Assembly (NCBI GenBank): GCA_963771075.1
Contig: CAVYSE010000011.1
Location: 448,001-512,000 of the forward strand
Source of the DNA: a candidate division FCPU426 bacterium
Lineage (GTDB): Bacteria > Oederibacteriota > Muellerivitia > Muellerivitales > Muellerivitaceae
DNA length: 64,000 bases
Direction of reading: 5' to 3'
In this document: in pieces, positions 55,036 through 64,000 of the stretch
Layout: every line of letters starts with the position of its first letter
Position numbering within the stretch: position 1 is the stretch's first letter
Position numbers and translations under genes: made by a program
The notes under the pieces: model-generated
Databases searched by the model: none
The model's input: only the letters and a program-made list of their open reading frames with translations
Told to the model about the DNA's origin: nothing

Positions 55036-56487
55036 ATGCTCGGTTTAAGGAAAGGCTCCTGGCGGTATCTGGCTTTGGCGGTGATCTTGGGGACCCCCCT
55101 CAGCTTGAGAGCCCAGGCTTCTTCCGCGGGACAATATTTCGCCGCTGCGAATCAGCTTTATACTTCAAAGAATTACAACCAAGCGATCCAATATTACACG
55201 GCGGTGGTGAAATCCAACCCCAATTACGCCCCGGCTTTTCAGGGCATTGGAAATTGCTATTACGCCCTGGGGAATAAACCCTACGCCCTGGCCTATTACA
55301 AAAAAGCCTACCAACTCAGCCCTAGCGCCCAATTGGGCCAGTTTATTCAAACGCTTCAAGGCCAAACCGCGGGCGCCGGAATGGGGTTACAGGCCGCGGC
55401 CCAGCCCCAAACCAATTCTTATTTAGCGACGGGAATGAAGTATTTCCAAGCGAAGCAATACGCGGCGGCCATCCCCTATTTTAAACAGGCCACCCGCCAG
55501 ATCCCCAATGACTACCGTCCCTTCTACTATTTGGGTTATTGCTATTACATGGCAAACCAGCAAAAATACGGGGCCCTTTACATCGGCGTCGCCGCCATGA
55601 AACAACCCAACGCCTCGATTTCGGCGACCGAAACCCGTATCAAGGGCAACCTTTCGGATGATGACGCCCAATGGGTGGACGACCAATTGTCCAAATATGC
55701 CTCCACGACCGGCCTGAAATTGCCTCCGGTCAAAACCAAGCCGGTGTTCGGTTTCGACATGGGCCTGGGGATGGATTACCTGCTTTCAGACCCGACCCAA
55801 ATCGAAGGGGATGTAACGGCCAAGGGAACGGTCGCCCTGACAGGCGTGACGCCCAGCTTGCTGGCAATGCCCTCGTTTAATTTCTTTGTGCAACTGAGCC
55901 CGAGTTTCGAGATCGATTTGGGTGGGACTTATCTTCCCATCGGATCCCTCACCTATACTTGGAAGGAGTATGATTCCACGGATCAATACACCTCGGTTTA
56001 CGAAACGGATGGCAATTACTACAAGTTGAACTACACCACTTCCATCTTCACCGGAAGCCTCGGCATGAAAGTCCTCTTTGGGGACTCCACGATGAAGGGT
56101 TACTTCGGGGCGGGCGCGGACATTTCGCCAATCAGCATGACCTTCCAAAAAACCATCAATAATGAAACGACGGGTATCGTTGTGGGTGGGGAAGATCCCG
56201 CCAGTAGCGATGTCTCGGGGGATTACTCAACTGTGGCTTTTGGCGGGCACGCCGTTCTGGGAGCGGATTTTATCCTTGGCAAGGGCATTGGCTTAGGCCC
56301 CTACATCGGTTTCAAGTACTTGGACGCCACCAACTTCAAAAACAAGGCCGGAAACCTGGTCGTCAACACCTTTAACGGGGACGTGGGGAACAGCGGCCAG
56401 GGCCTGTGGAGCACCTATCCCACCACGAACCTGGATCTGGATTTCAGCGGCATTTACGGAGGCCTGAACGTCGCTTTCTCGTTCTAA
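55036..56487 (+). CDS. TPR-repeat protein with C-terminal outer-membrane beta-barrel
   Basis: GGAGG RBS, signal peptide, two TPR clusters, amphipathic strands ending YGGLNVAFSF. Confidence 0.75.
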   Translation: MLGLRKGSWRYLALAVILGTPLSLRAQASSAGQYFAAANQLYTSKNYNQAIQYYTAVVKSNPNYAPAFQGIGNCYYALGNKPYALAYYKKAYQLSPSAQLGQFIQTLQGQTAGAGMGLQAAAQPQTNSYLATGMKYFQAKQYAAAIPYFKQATRQIPNDYRPFYYLGYCYYMANQQKYGALYIGVAAMKQPNASISATETRIKGNLSDDDAQWVDDQLSKYASTTGLKLPPVKTKPVFGFDMGLGMDYLLSDPTQIEGDVTAKGTVALTGVTPSLLAMPSFNFFVQLSPSFEIDLGGTYLPIGSLTYTWKEYDSTDQYTSVYETDGNYYKLNYTTSIFTGSLGMKVLFGDSTMKGYFGAGADISPISMTFQKTINNETTGIVVGGEDPASSDVSGDYSTVAFGGHAVLGADFILGKGIGLGPYIGFKYLDATNFKNKAGNLVVNTFNGDVGNSGQGLWSTYPTTNLDLDFSGIYGGLNVAFSF

Positions 56488-56513
56488 GCAACCGATCCCT
56501 TCTTGTATCCATC

Positions 56514-56542
56514 ACGGGGGCCACTGGCCCCCGTTTTTTTTT
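56514..56542 (+). terminator. Rho-independent terminator
   Basis: acgggggcc/ggcccccgt stem plus long T-tract. Confidence 0.85.
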
Positions 56543-56554
56543 GAGGATAAACCC

Positions 56555-57658
56555 TTGAGCTATCGAACCAGCCTTCGAATGTCCCTTTTCCTCTTGGCGG
56601 TAAACCTCGGGACGGTTTCCGCTTGGGCCGGGGACATCCTTTCCAAAAATGATTTCACCTTTTACGGGGATAACACCGAATTTTTCGAACCCTACCGCAC
56701 GAGGGAAACCCTTTTGGGCCAACAGGCCCAACACCGGTTGGAGATCGACCTGGGATCCGATGCCGTCATTTCGGGAGGCTTGTTTTGGGACTTTCGCTCC
56801 ACCAGCGTGCAAGACATCGACGTGACCGTCAAACCCCTCTTGTCCTTCGAGTACCGCCAGGGAGGGACCCGGTTGATCCTCGGGACCTTGGACGTCGAGA
56901 ACCGGCACGGGTTCTTGGAGCCCATGGAAGTCACCTTTCTCGACTTCACGCGTCCCATTGAGTATGGATTCCAATGGATCGAAAAAGACCCGGACTTTCA
57001 CGCGGACCTATTCCTCAATTGGCAGCAGTTGAACGATCCCTCCGAGCCGGAGTCCTTCGATTATGGTGGTATCGTCAACCGCGCCCTGGTGGATGGGCTC
57101 AGCCTGGAATTGCAGTACCACGGATACCATCAAGGCGGGAAGATTTACTTCATCGACGTCTATAACAACTGGGTGCCCGGGTTAGGGCTGCGCTGGGACC
57201 TGCCCCAGGTGCTGGGCGAGACCCGACTGGCCGCCTTTGAGCTGGTTTCCAGCCAATTGGCGGGCGGGGACCTTTCCCAGATGCAATGGGGCCAGGGAAC
57301 CTACCTGAGCGCCAGCGTAACGCCCCTCCCCAACTTCGACCTGTTCGGGATCGGCTGGGTGGGTGACCATTTTTATTCCCAGGAGGGCGACGCCAATTAC
57401 ATGTCCTATAGCGATCCCTATTCCTTCACGGTGGACCAGCCCCATGCTTTCGTTCAATCGAACCGGACCTATTTCGAGGCGGGGATCCGAAAGATGTTTC
57501 CCATAGAAGGCGGATCCCTCTTCACCACCGAACTGCGGTCCCATTTTATCGATGGCGATTTCTTCTTTTCGTTCCGGCTTTGGGTGACCGCTCCGCTGGA
57601 TATCTTTTTAGGGGATGTGAGTTTCAAGTCCCGGCCCGGCCCCGAGGCGTCCCAGTGA
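56555..57658 (+). CDS. Hypothetical putative outer-membrane beta-barrel, paralog A
   Basis: Signal peptide, aromatic-rich amphipathic strands; shares FTFYGDNTEFFEP, HG..EPMEVT, RPIEYG, FLNWQ, EGD.NY with the next gene. Confidence 0.7.
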   Translation: MSYRTSLRMSLFLLAVNLGTVSAWAGDILSKNDFTFYGDNTEFFEPYRTRETLLGQQAQHRLEIDLGSDAVISGGLFWDFRSTSVQDIDVTVKPLLSFEYRQGGTRLILGTLDVENRHGFLEPMEVTFLDFTRPIEYGFQWIEKDPDFHADLFLNWQQLNDPSEPESFDYGGIVNRALVDGLSLELQYHGYHQGGKIYFIDVYNNWVPGLGLRWDLPQVLGETRLAAFELVSSQLAGGDLSQMQWGQGTYLSASVTPLPNFDLFGIGWVGDHFYSQEGDANYMSYSDPYSFTVDQPHAFVQSNRTYFEAGIRKMFPIEGGSLFTTELRSHFIDGDFFFSFRLWVTAPLDIFLGDVSFKSRPGPEASQ

Positions 57659-58767
57659 GGGCTCGAAAGCTTAACCTGCTCCTGATCTTCTTCATTTGGA
57701 CCGGAGGCGCCTTCGCCGCATCCGTGGATTGGATGGGCGGGGCCGCTCCGGCTCCGGTGGACATGGGGAACGAACCCCTTTGGTCCAACCGATTCACCTT
57801 TTATGGCGATAACACGGAGTTCTTCGAGCCCTTTCGGGTACGGGCGACGATCCTGGGGCAGCAGTTCAAGAGTTACCTGGACTCAGCCGCCTTGGAAAAG
57901 GTGGACCTCTGGACCGGGCTGTTCTTGGACCATGAAAGCGCCGCAGACCAGCCGGTCAGCCTGAATCCCATCCTGTCTTTCGTGTACCACGAAGGGGGGA
58001 CCCAGTTCCTCTTGGGCACCCTCCAGACCGTCTACCGACACGGGTTGATCGAGCCCATGGAAGTGACCACCCTGGAATTGACGCGGCCCATCGAGTATGG
58101 CCTGGAATACATCCAGTGGGAGGGCTGGGCCCAGGCCGACGCCTTTCTCAATTGGCAGGATGTCCTGACCGAGAGCCAAAGGGAAATTTTCGATTACGGG
58201 GGATCGGGCAAGCTGATCCTCCAGGACGGCCTGGAGATCCTGGGCCAATGCCACGGGTACCACGTGGGCGGAGCCCAATACGGCGGCGTTGTCCGCAACA
58301 ACCTGGCCTACGGCCTGGGGTTAGGGCTTCAAACGGCCCTGCCCTATTTGAACGAAAGCCGGTTGGAGATATACGGGTTGGGAAGCAAGGACACCAACCG
58401 TCCGGACTATTCCGGCCCCGCCATGGGCGAGGGACTTTACCTCAAGGGAATCGTGACGCCTTTCGAGGGCTGGCAGTTATTCGGGATCGTCTGGATGGGT
58501 TGGGACTACATGTCGGAGGAGGGGGATTCCAACTACAATTCCCTCGGAGCGGACGGTGTTTATTATCAAACCAACCGCACTTATGAAGAGGCGGGGTTGA
58601 GGCGGCTGGTTCCCCTGGGCCAAGACGCTTTTTTTGATTTAGAATTGCGCTCCCATTGGATCGAGGACTCATGGGCCAATTCCTTCCGGCTATTTGCCCA
58701 GATACCCTTCGATGTTGAACTCGATGTTAAAAACAAGGCTCAAGACAGGGCCCCGCTTAAACCCTAA
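57655..58767 (+). CDS. Hypothetical putative outer-membrane beta-barrel, paralog B
   Basis: GTGA overlap with paralog A, signal peptide, same motif series. Confidence 0.7.
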   Translation: MRARKLNLLLIFFIWTGGAFAASVDWMGGAAPAPVDMGNEPLWSNRFTFYGDNTEFFEPFRVRATILGQQFKSYLDSAALEKVDLWTGLFLDHESAADQPVSLNPILSFVYHEGGTQFLLGTLQTVYRHGLIEPMEVTTLELTRPIEYGLEYIQWEGWAQADAFLNWQDVLTESQREIFDYGGSGKLILQDGLEILGQCHGYHVGGAQYGGVVRNNLAYGLGLGLQTALPYLNESRLEIYGLGSKDTNRPDYSGPAMGEGLYLKGIVTPFEGWQLFGIVWMGWDYMSEEGDSNYNSLGADGVYYQTNRTYEEAGLRRLVPLGQDAFFDLELRSHWIEDSWANSFRLFAQIPFDVELDVKNKAQDRAPLKP

Positions 58768-58797
58768 GATCAATCCAATCATTCGGGAGTTGAGGGT

Positions 58798-59562
58798 GTG
58801 GTCTTGAATAAAAACCTCATGCATAAGATTTGCTGGATATGCCTGGGGCTCCTATCCTTAGGTTTTCAATCCCAGGCTGAACCCTCGAACGTTTCCCCTT
58901 TCGAATATGGACTTCATTGTGTAACCGCCGGACCGGCCGATCTCCCCCCGGGCTCCCCGGTGGTCGTGATCTTGCACGGTACCGCCGCCACGGGAGACAG
59001 CATGTTGTACCTATGCGACCGGCTCCAACTTCCCCCCTGCCGGTTTATCCTGCCGGACGGGCCCTTGCGGGCAAAGGGCGCCTTTGCCTGGTATGACCGA
59101 TTCACCCATGACCGAAAAGGCATTGAAACCAGCCGGGACCTTCTTTTTAAACTGATGGACCAATACACCCGTGAGCCGTCAAACCCACAAACGGTTGGAA
59201 ACTCCACGAAGCCCAGGCCGGTGATCCTGATTGGTTTCTCCCAGGGCGCTGTCATGGCCCTGGAAACGGGTTTGAACTATAAGGGAAATGTCATGGGTAT
59301 CGTTTCTTTGAGCGGTTACATTGGGGATCCGGAAAAGACCCTGGCCCATCCCTTGGCGGATCATAAAACCCCCATTTTTCTCATGCAGGGAACCGAGGAC
59401 CCCGTGGTACAGGAAGAAATGGGCCAATCCACCGTGGTGGCGCTGAGGAAATCGGGTTACCATCCCTTTTTGAAAAAAGTCCCGATGGGACATAAGATTT
59501 CCGACCTGGAAATCGAGGAAGTTTCCAAGTTTTTGCGGGAAGTTTTTCTCTTATACCATTGA
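58798..59562 (+). CDS. Exported phospholipase/carboxylesterase (alpha/beta hydrolase)
   Basis: LHG, GFSQG nucleophile, GTEDPV, MGH. Confidence 0.88.
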   Translation: MVLNKNLMHKICWICLGLLSLGFQSQAEPSNVSPFEYGLHCVTAGPADLPPGSPVVVILHGTAATGDSMLYLCDRLQLPPCRFILPDGPLRAKGAFAWYDRFTHDRKGIETSRDLLFKLMDQYTREPSNPQTVGNSTKPRPVILIGFSQGAVMALETGLNYKGNVMGIVSLSGYIGDPEKTLAHPLADHKTPIFLMQGTEDPVVQEEMGQSTVVALRKSGYHPFLKKVPMGHKISDLEIEEVSKFLREVFLLYH

Positions 59563-59618
59563 TATTGGATCAAAATTAAATTCGAACGTTGCTTAAACCT
59601 ATAACGAAAGGTGAACCG

Positions 59619-60317
59619 ATGAGAAAGCGATCTATCCTCCTATTCCTTTCAATTATTTGGGTCATGGCTGGTTTATCTCCAATGGTTTTACGGGGAGCTT
59701 CGGTTGATTCATCCCTGGCTGACGTTACCCTTTTCCTCCCCCCTCCGCCGGCCCAAGATTCGTCTCAAACCAAGGCTGAAATCGAGGAGATCCTCCAGTA
59801 TCAAAATACCCGGACCCCGGAAATGGTCGCCGCCGCCCAAGCTGACGCGCAAGAGACCGTCTTCCGTTTCGCGGATATACTGGGGCCGGGGGTTAACTCG
59901 GACAAGCTACCCTTAACCGCTTCTTTCTTTTCCCGCGTCCAGGGGCAGGTGGGGGCCTATATTGATTCCGCCAAGGGCTATTTCCATAGGCCCCGGCCCT
60001 ACGATTTCGACAAGCGGGTAAAACCCTGTGTTGGCAAGCCCTGGAATGACTCCTACCCCAGCGGCCATGCCACGGGAGGAACGGTCGAGGCCGTGATCCT
60101 GGCCCATATGGTTCCCGAGAAAAAAGAGATTCTCTTAGCCCGAGGCAAGGTGATCGGGGAAAACCGGATTGTGGGAGGGGTCCATTACCGAAGCGACGTG
60201 GTGGCGGGAGAGATAGCCGGGAGCCTCTTGGCGGTCAAAATATTACAGAATCCCGATTTTCAGAAAGACTATGAAAAATCCCGATTGGAAATCAGAAGTT
60301 TCCTGGGTCTGAAGTGA
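59619..60317 (+). CDS. Class A nonspecific acid phosphatase (PAP2, PhoN/PhoC-like)
   Basis: Signal peptide, LPPPP, K.YF.RPRP, SYPSGH, R.VGGVHYRSDV. Confidence 0.92.
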   Translation: MRKRSILLFLSIIWVMAGLSPMVLRGASVDSSLADVTLFLPPPPAQDSSQTKAEIEEILQYQNTRTPEMVAAAQADAQETVFRFADILGPGVNSDKLPLTASFFSRVQGQVGAYIDSAKGYFHRPRPYDFDKRVKPCVGKPWNDSYPSGHATGGTVEAVILAHMVPEKKEILLARGKVIGENRIVGGVHYRSDVVAGEIAGSLLAVKILQNPDFQKDYEKSRLEIRSFLGLK

Positions 60318-60396
60318 AGGTTTGCGTTAAATAGAAAAGTGGTATGGGGGCTCCCGTTTTCAATAACCCTCAAAACTGTTAAACTTCCGGCAATTC

Positions 60397-61722
60397 ATGG
60401 AAAAACAATCCTCTAAAATCGCTTTCACCACCTTAGGTTGCCGGGTGAACCAATACGACACCCAGGCTCTGAAAGAACGGTTGGAAGAAGCGTCATTTCA
60501 ATCGGTCCCCTTTCACGAAAGGGCGGATATCTACGTCATCAACACCTGCACGGTTACGGCCGCGGCGGACGCGGAGGGGCGCCTTTTGGTGCGCCGGGCC
60601 AAGGCGCAGAATCCCGATTCCTTCGTGGTGGTGACGGGTTGCCTGGCGACGGACCGGCCAAAGGAAACAGCCGATTTGCCGGGAGTCGACCTGGTGGTAT
60701 CCAATACCGAAAAATCATCCATGCTTAGCAAGATACTCGAAGCAAAGCTGCAATTCGGTCATCCAGAACACATTTCAATGGGGTCGAATGACCCGGAATC
60801 GAACGATCCTTGGGGCGGGGGAATCACTCGTTTTGACGGCCATCAGCGCGCCACGGTCAAGGTGCAAGACGGCTGCAACTTCGGATGTTCTTTTTGTTTG
60901 ATCCCGCGGGTGCGGGGCGAAATGATCTCAAGGCCCCCGGCGGATATCCTCGCCGAAGGCCGAAGGTTCGCCCAAAGGGGGGTGAAGGAACTGGTCTTGG
61001 CCGGGATACAACTTTCCTCCTATGGGCGGGACTGGGGGATGAAAGCTTCGGAGCCCCGTCTCGCGCCGGTCATCGGGCAATTGTTGAAAATTCCAGGAAT
61101 CCGAAGGGTTCGGCTTTCCTCCTACGCAGTGGCCGATTTCGAGGATGCCCTCCTGCCCCTTTGGAAAGAGGAACAGGGTTTGTGCCCCCACCTGCATCTC
61201 CCCCTCCAAAGCGGGGATGAGGAAGTGCTCAAGGCCATGCGCCGGCCCTATACCTTGGGAAAATACCGGCAGACCTTGGAAAAGGTCCGGCTGGCGGCTC
61301 CCCGTTTGGGCTTGACCGGGGATATATTGGCGGGTTTTCCCGGCGAGTCGGACATGGCTTTTCAAAAGACCCTTCAGGCGATTGGGGAAATGAATTTTAT
61401 CGATTTTCATCCTTTCCCTTATTCCGATCGGCCGGATACTCCCGGGGAGGCGCTATTCCCCAAGGTGGATCCCAAAATACTTCACGATCGAATGGAACAA
61501 CTCAAACGGTTGAAAAACAAATGCCTTGAAAGGTCCGCTGAATCGGCGAAGGGAAGCGAGGTCCGGGTGATCGCCGAACGTTACGGGGAAAAAAGTTACT
61601 CGGGTTTGACCGACCAGGGCCTCCGGGTGGTATTCCCGAAGACCGGGGAAAAATTGGGAATGGAAGTGGATTTGCGCGTGACGGGTTTTGGGGAAGGGGC
61701 GGCTCTTGGCGAGGAAATCTGA
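60397..61722 (+). CDS. mtaB: tRNA ms2t6A37 methylthiotransferase
   Basis: TLGCRVNQYD, NTCTV, VKVQDGCNFGCSFC.IP..RG, CPHLHLPLQSG; upstream of HIT-rpsU. Confidence 0.9.
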   Translation: MEKQSSKIAFTTLGCRVNQYDTQALKERLEEASFQSVPFHERADIYVINTCTVTAAADAEGRLLVRRAKAQNPDSFVVVTGCLATDRPKETADLPGVDLVVSNTEKSSMLSKILEAKLQFGHPEHISMGSNDPESNDPWGGGITRFDGHQRATVKVQDGCNFGCSFCLIPRVRGEMISRPPADILAEGRRFAQRGVKELVLAGIQLSSYGRDWGMKASEPRLAPVIGQLLKIPGIRRVRLSSYAVADFEDALLPLWKEEQGLCPHLHLPLQSGDEEVLKAMRRPYTLGKYRQTLEKVRLAAPRLGLTGDILAGFPGESDMAFQKTLQAIGEMNFIDFHPFPYSDRPDTPGEALFPKVDPKILHDRMEQLKRLKNKCLERSAESAKGSEVRVIAERYGEKSYSGLTDQGLRVVFPKTGEKLGMEVDLRVTGFGEGAALGEEI

Positions 61723-62338
61723 CCCGGTCAGCCTTTTCGACCGGCTCTACCAATGGTATTTCTACCGCAAAAGGGCTTTTGAACACGACCTGCCGGAGAG
61801 GCGCGTGGGCTGGCGTTCCCGCCGCAACCAGGAACTGCGGTTTGGGTCCCTGACGCGCATTGGGGACCTCCAAGGCCAAAGGATCATGGACCTGGGTTGC
61901 GGGTTGGGCTGCCTTTACGGGTTTCTCAAAAACCAGGGATGGGAAGGTGAATACACAGGCTATGACCTGTTGGGTTTGATGGTGAATGGAGCCCGGAAAA
62001 GATTTCCCGGGGTTTGTTTTGAGAAAAGGGACATTCTCGCCGATCCACCCGATCGTACTTGGGATTACATCCTGATCAATGGCGTTTTCAACCATAGGGT
62101 CCGGGACAACTGGGCCTGGATCGAGGAGATGATCGCCCTGTCGATGAGGAAGGCCGAGAAGGGCGTGGCTTTCAACATCCTCGTGACGGGGCAAGGCTGG
62201 GGAGACGAGGACCTTTTCTACGCGGACCCGAACGAATTAGAACGAAGGGCTTCCCTTTGGACGGGCGGGCAATACCGTATCGTTCGGGATTATCTCGATG
62301 AGGATATGGCGGTTCACCTTTTTCACCCTGATCCCTGA
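61688..62338 (+). CDS. Class I SAM-dependent methyltransferase
   Basis: VGW....Q..RF, IMDLGCGLG, Y.GYD; start uncertain. Confidence 0.85.
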   Translation: MGKGRLLARKSDPVSLFDRLYQWYFYRKRAFEHDLPERRVGWRSRRNQELRFGSLTRIGDLQGQRIMDLGCGLGCLYGFLKNQGWEGEYTGYDLLGLMVNGARKRFPGVCFEKRDILADPPDRTWDYILINGVFNHRVRDNWAWIEEMIALSMRKAEKGVAFNILVTGQGWGDEDLFYADPNELERRASLWTGGQYRIVRDYLDEDMAVHLFHPDP

Positions 62339-62419
62339 AATCAAAAAAGATGGCAATGGCCCCGGAAAATCAATAAACTCCTTGATAGGTTAAGTTGAAC
62401 ACCCCCGCGAGGAGGCGCC

Positions 62420-62761
62420 ATGTCGAGCCTTTGCACCTTTTGCAAAATTATCGCCCGGGAAATTCCCGCCACCATCCTTTACGAAGATGACAAGGTCATA
62501 GCCTTTAACGACATCCGTCCCGCGGCGCCCGCGCATATTCTGCTGATCCCCAAGGTCCATTACGACACGATGGCGGATGTTCCGGCGGGGGACCCCATCC
62601 TTTCCACCCTGGCCCAAGCCGCGGGAAAATTGGCTGAAAAAATGTCTTTGCGCGAGGGCTACCGCCTGGTGGTGAATGTAGGGGACAACGGGGGACAAAC
62701 CGTTTATCACCTGCATCTGCACCTCTTGGGCGGCCGTTTCATGACATGGCCACCAGGCTGA
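62420..62761 (+). CDS. hinT: Histidine triad nucleotide-binding protein (HinT-like)
   Basis: C.FCKI, GQTVYHLHLHLLGGR, WPPG. Confidence 0.93.
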   Translation: MSSLCTFCKIIAREIPATILYEDDKVIAFNDIRPAAPAHILLIPKVHYDTMADVPAGDPILSTLAQAAGKLAEKMSLREGYRLVVNVGDNGGQTVYHLHLHLLGGRFMTWPPG

Positions 62762-62808
62762 TAAAACCGAACGAAACGGCGAACCCACGGCCAAAACGAA
62801 CCCAAAGA

Positions 62809-62991
62809 CAACACGAAGTCACAAAGACACGAAGAAAGACCCGAAATTTTATTACGGCCTAGGCAAAGGCAAACCAACTTCCAACACGAAGACACAAAGC
62901 AACAAAGAACAACCCTAGCCAAAGATTTGGCTTAATCATTTAATATCGCCTTAATTTGTCTGCCTTTGTGGCTTAGAGTCTTCGTGTTGTC
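62809..62991. repeat. 8-mer-periodic inverted repeat with an extra internal arm
   Basis: caacacgaagtcacaaagacacgaag; caacacgaagacacaaag; ctttgtggcttagagtcttcgtgttg. Confidence 0.75.
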
Positions 62992-63026
62992 CTTTGGTTT
63001 TGAGGGTTTTGCGGGTTTGTCTTTCC

Positions 63027-63055
63027 TTGACGCGTCCCCCCCTCCGCTATAAACT
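63027..63055 (+). promoter_or_regulatory. Sigma-70 promoter of rpsU
   Basis: TTGACG-17bp-TAAACT. Confidence 0.65.
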
Positions 63056-63120
63056 CCTTGCTCCCGTGAGGCCCCTTGGTCCTCCGGGCCATTCCACCCA
63101 TAGAGGGGAGCGTGACCCAA

Positions 63121-63321
63121 GTGGTCGAAGTCAGACTGGAAGAAAACGAACCCATCGAGAACGCCCTTAAGCGTTTCAAGAAGGTTGTTCAAAACTCGGG
63201 GCTAATCTCGGAAATGAAGAAGCGCGAGTTCTACGAGAAGCCCAGCGAGCGCCGCAAAAAGCGCGAGGCCGCCGCCCGTAAAAAGGCCCGGCGCCGCGCC
63301 ATGAAGTTCCGTAACGATTAA
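63121..63321 (+). CDS. rpsU: 30S ribosomal protein S21 (GTG start at 63121 or 63112)
   Basis: [27 protein letters not shown]. Confidence 0.96.
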   Translation: MVEVRLEENEPIENALKRFKKVVQNSGLISEMKKREFYEKPSERRKKREAAARKKARRRAMKFRND

Positions 63322-63329
63322 ACGCCTTG

Positions 63330-63363
63330 GAACCCCCGGCCCTAAACCGGGGGTTCTTCTTTA
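63330..63363 (+). terminator. Terminator-like hairpin after rpsU
   Basis: gaacccccgg/ccgggggttc plus ttcttt. Confidence 0.7.
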
Positions 63364-63406
63364 TCTCTCCGCAATTTGACCCTTTCCCTGGATTTGGAGG
63401 AACCCA

Positions 63407-63856
63407 ATGGCATCTCCCCTTTTCGAAAAGATCAACTCCGACATCGTCACGGCCATGAAAAGCAAAAACGAGGCCGCCCTTTCGGCCCTGCGCATGCTCA
63501 AATCCGCGATCAAATACAAGGAAGTGGACCTGAAGCGGGAGCTGACCGACGAGGACGTGATCGAGGTTCTCGGCAAACAAGCCAAACAGAGGAAAGAATC
63601 CATTGAGGGTTTCGAGAAGGGCGGCCGGGCCGAGTCCGCCGCCTCCGAGAAGGCCGAGTTGGCGCTCATTGAGGCCTATCTTCCCGCGGCCATGACGGAA
63701 GCGGAAATCGCCCAACTGATCGAAGAAGCCCTGAAGGCGACCGGCGCCGCCACCGCGAAAGATATGGGAAAAGTCATGGGCTATCTGACGCCCAAATTAA
63801 AGGGCAAAGCCGATATGGGGAAAGTTTCCGGCCTCGTGAAGGGAAAACTTGGCTGA
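63407..63856 (+). CDS. yqeY: GatB/YqeY domain protein
   Basis: AMK, LR..K.AI, KQRKESI..F, YLP, DMGKVMG; follows rpsU. Confidence 0.93.
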   Translation: MASPLFEKINSDIVTAMKSKNEAALSALRMLKSAIKYKEVDLKRELTDEDVIEVLGKQAKQRKESIEGFEKGGRAESAASEKAELALIEAYLPAAMTEAEIAQLIEEALKATGAATAKDMGKVMGYLTPKLKGKADMGKVSGLVKGKLG

Positions 63857-63865
63857 GTTTTAATT

Positions 63866-64000
63866 CTAAGAATCTCTAACAAAACCCAATATTTACCACA
63901 GAGACACGGAGACACATGCCGACCATCCATGAGACATTTAATGGAGTCGGCATTGTCCCGATTTCTTTCGCCTTTTGGGCGAAAGGGGACAGAGTAAACC
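63866..64000. repeat. Inverted near-identical copy of 511-570, interrupted by the 72-bp cassette; runs off the window
   Basis: Reverse complement of 511-570 matches 63866-63916 plus 63992-64000 with 2 mismatches. Confidence 0.85.
63917..63988 (+). mobile_element. 72-bp two-hairpin cassette, copy 3
   Basis: ACA on both sides; absent from the homologous site at 520-522. Confidence 0.8.

Overview
GC-rich (roughly 55-60% by eye) chromosomal window from a diderm bacterium, probably an uncultured lineage (TonB/ExbBD, TolC, beta-barrels, GT-C/PA14 and NHL/FlgD proteins). Core blocks: hpt (partial), pilD, glmU-prs-rplY-pth, rpsB-tsf-pyrH-frr-uppS-cdsA and mtaB-HIT-rpsU-yqeY. Accessory blocks: (i) a ~13.5 kb cluster with a YncE-type propeller divergent from TBDR-exbB-exbD-tonB-TPR/HEAT-COG4705-CusRS-like two-component system-phosphoesterase-porin, with OmpR-family boxes at three promoters; (ii) an ECF sigma/ZAS anti-sigma/Spy-like/TolC/RND operon with no adaptor gene and an intact IS30 just upstream; (iii) glycosyltransferases, GH2, GH92, ComEC, an adenylate cyclase, a Nudix-GNAT fusion, a degenerate galactokinase-like gene, and paired beta-barrel genes followed by an esterase and an acid phosphatase. 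The most unusual signal is non-coding. A 71-72 bp two-hairpin cassette with covarying stems sits at ACA sites, flanked by ACA on both sides, inside a family of 8-mer-periodic intergenic inverted repeats. Both an empty and a filled version of the same site occur in this window (511-570 vs 63866-64000). Also seen: a 130-bp MITE-like pair, two genes that appear to start at ATC/ATT, and two frameshifted genes. No rRNA, tRNA or CRISPR array was recognised. All family calls come from motif recognition by eye, not database searches.
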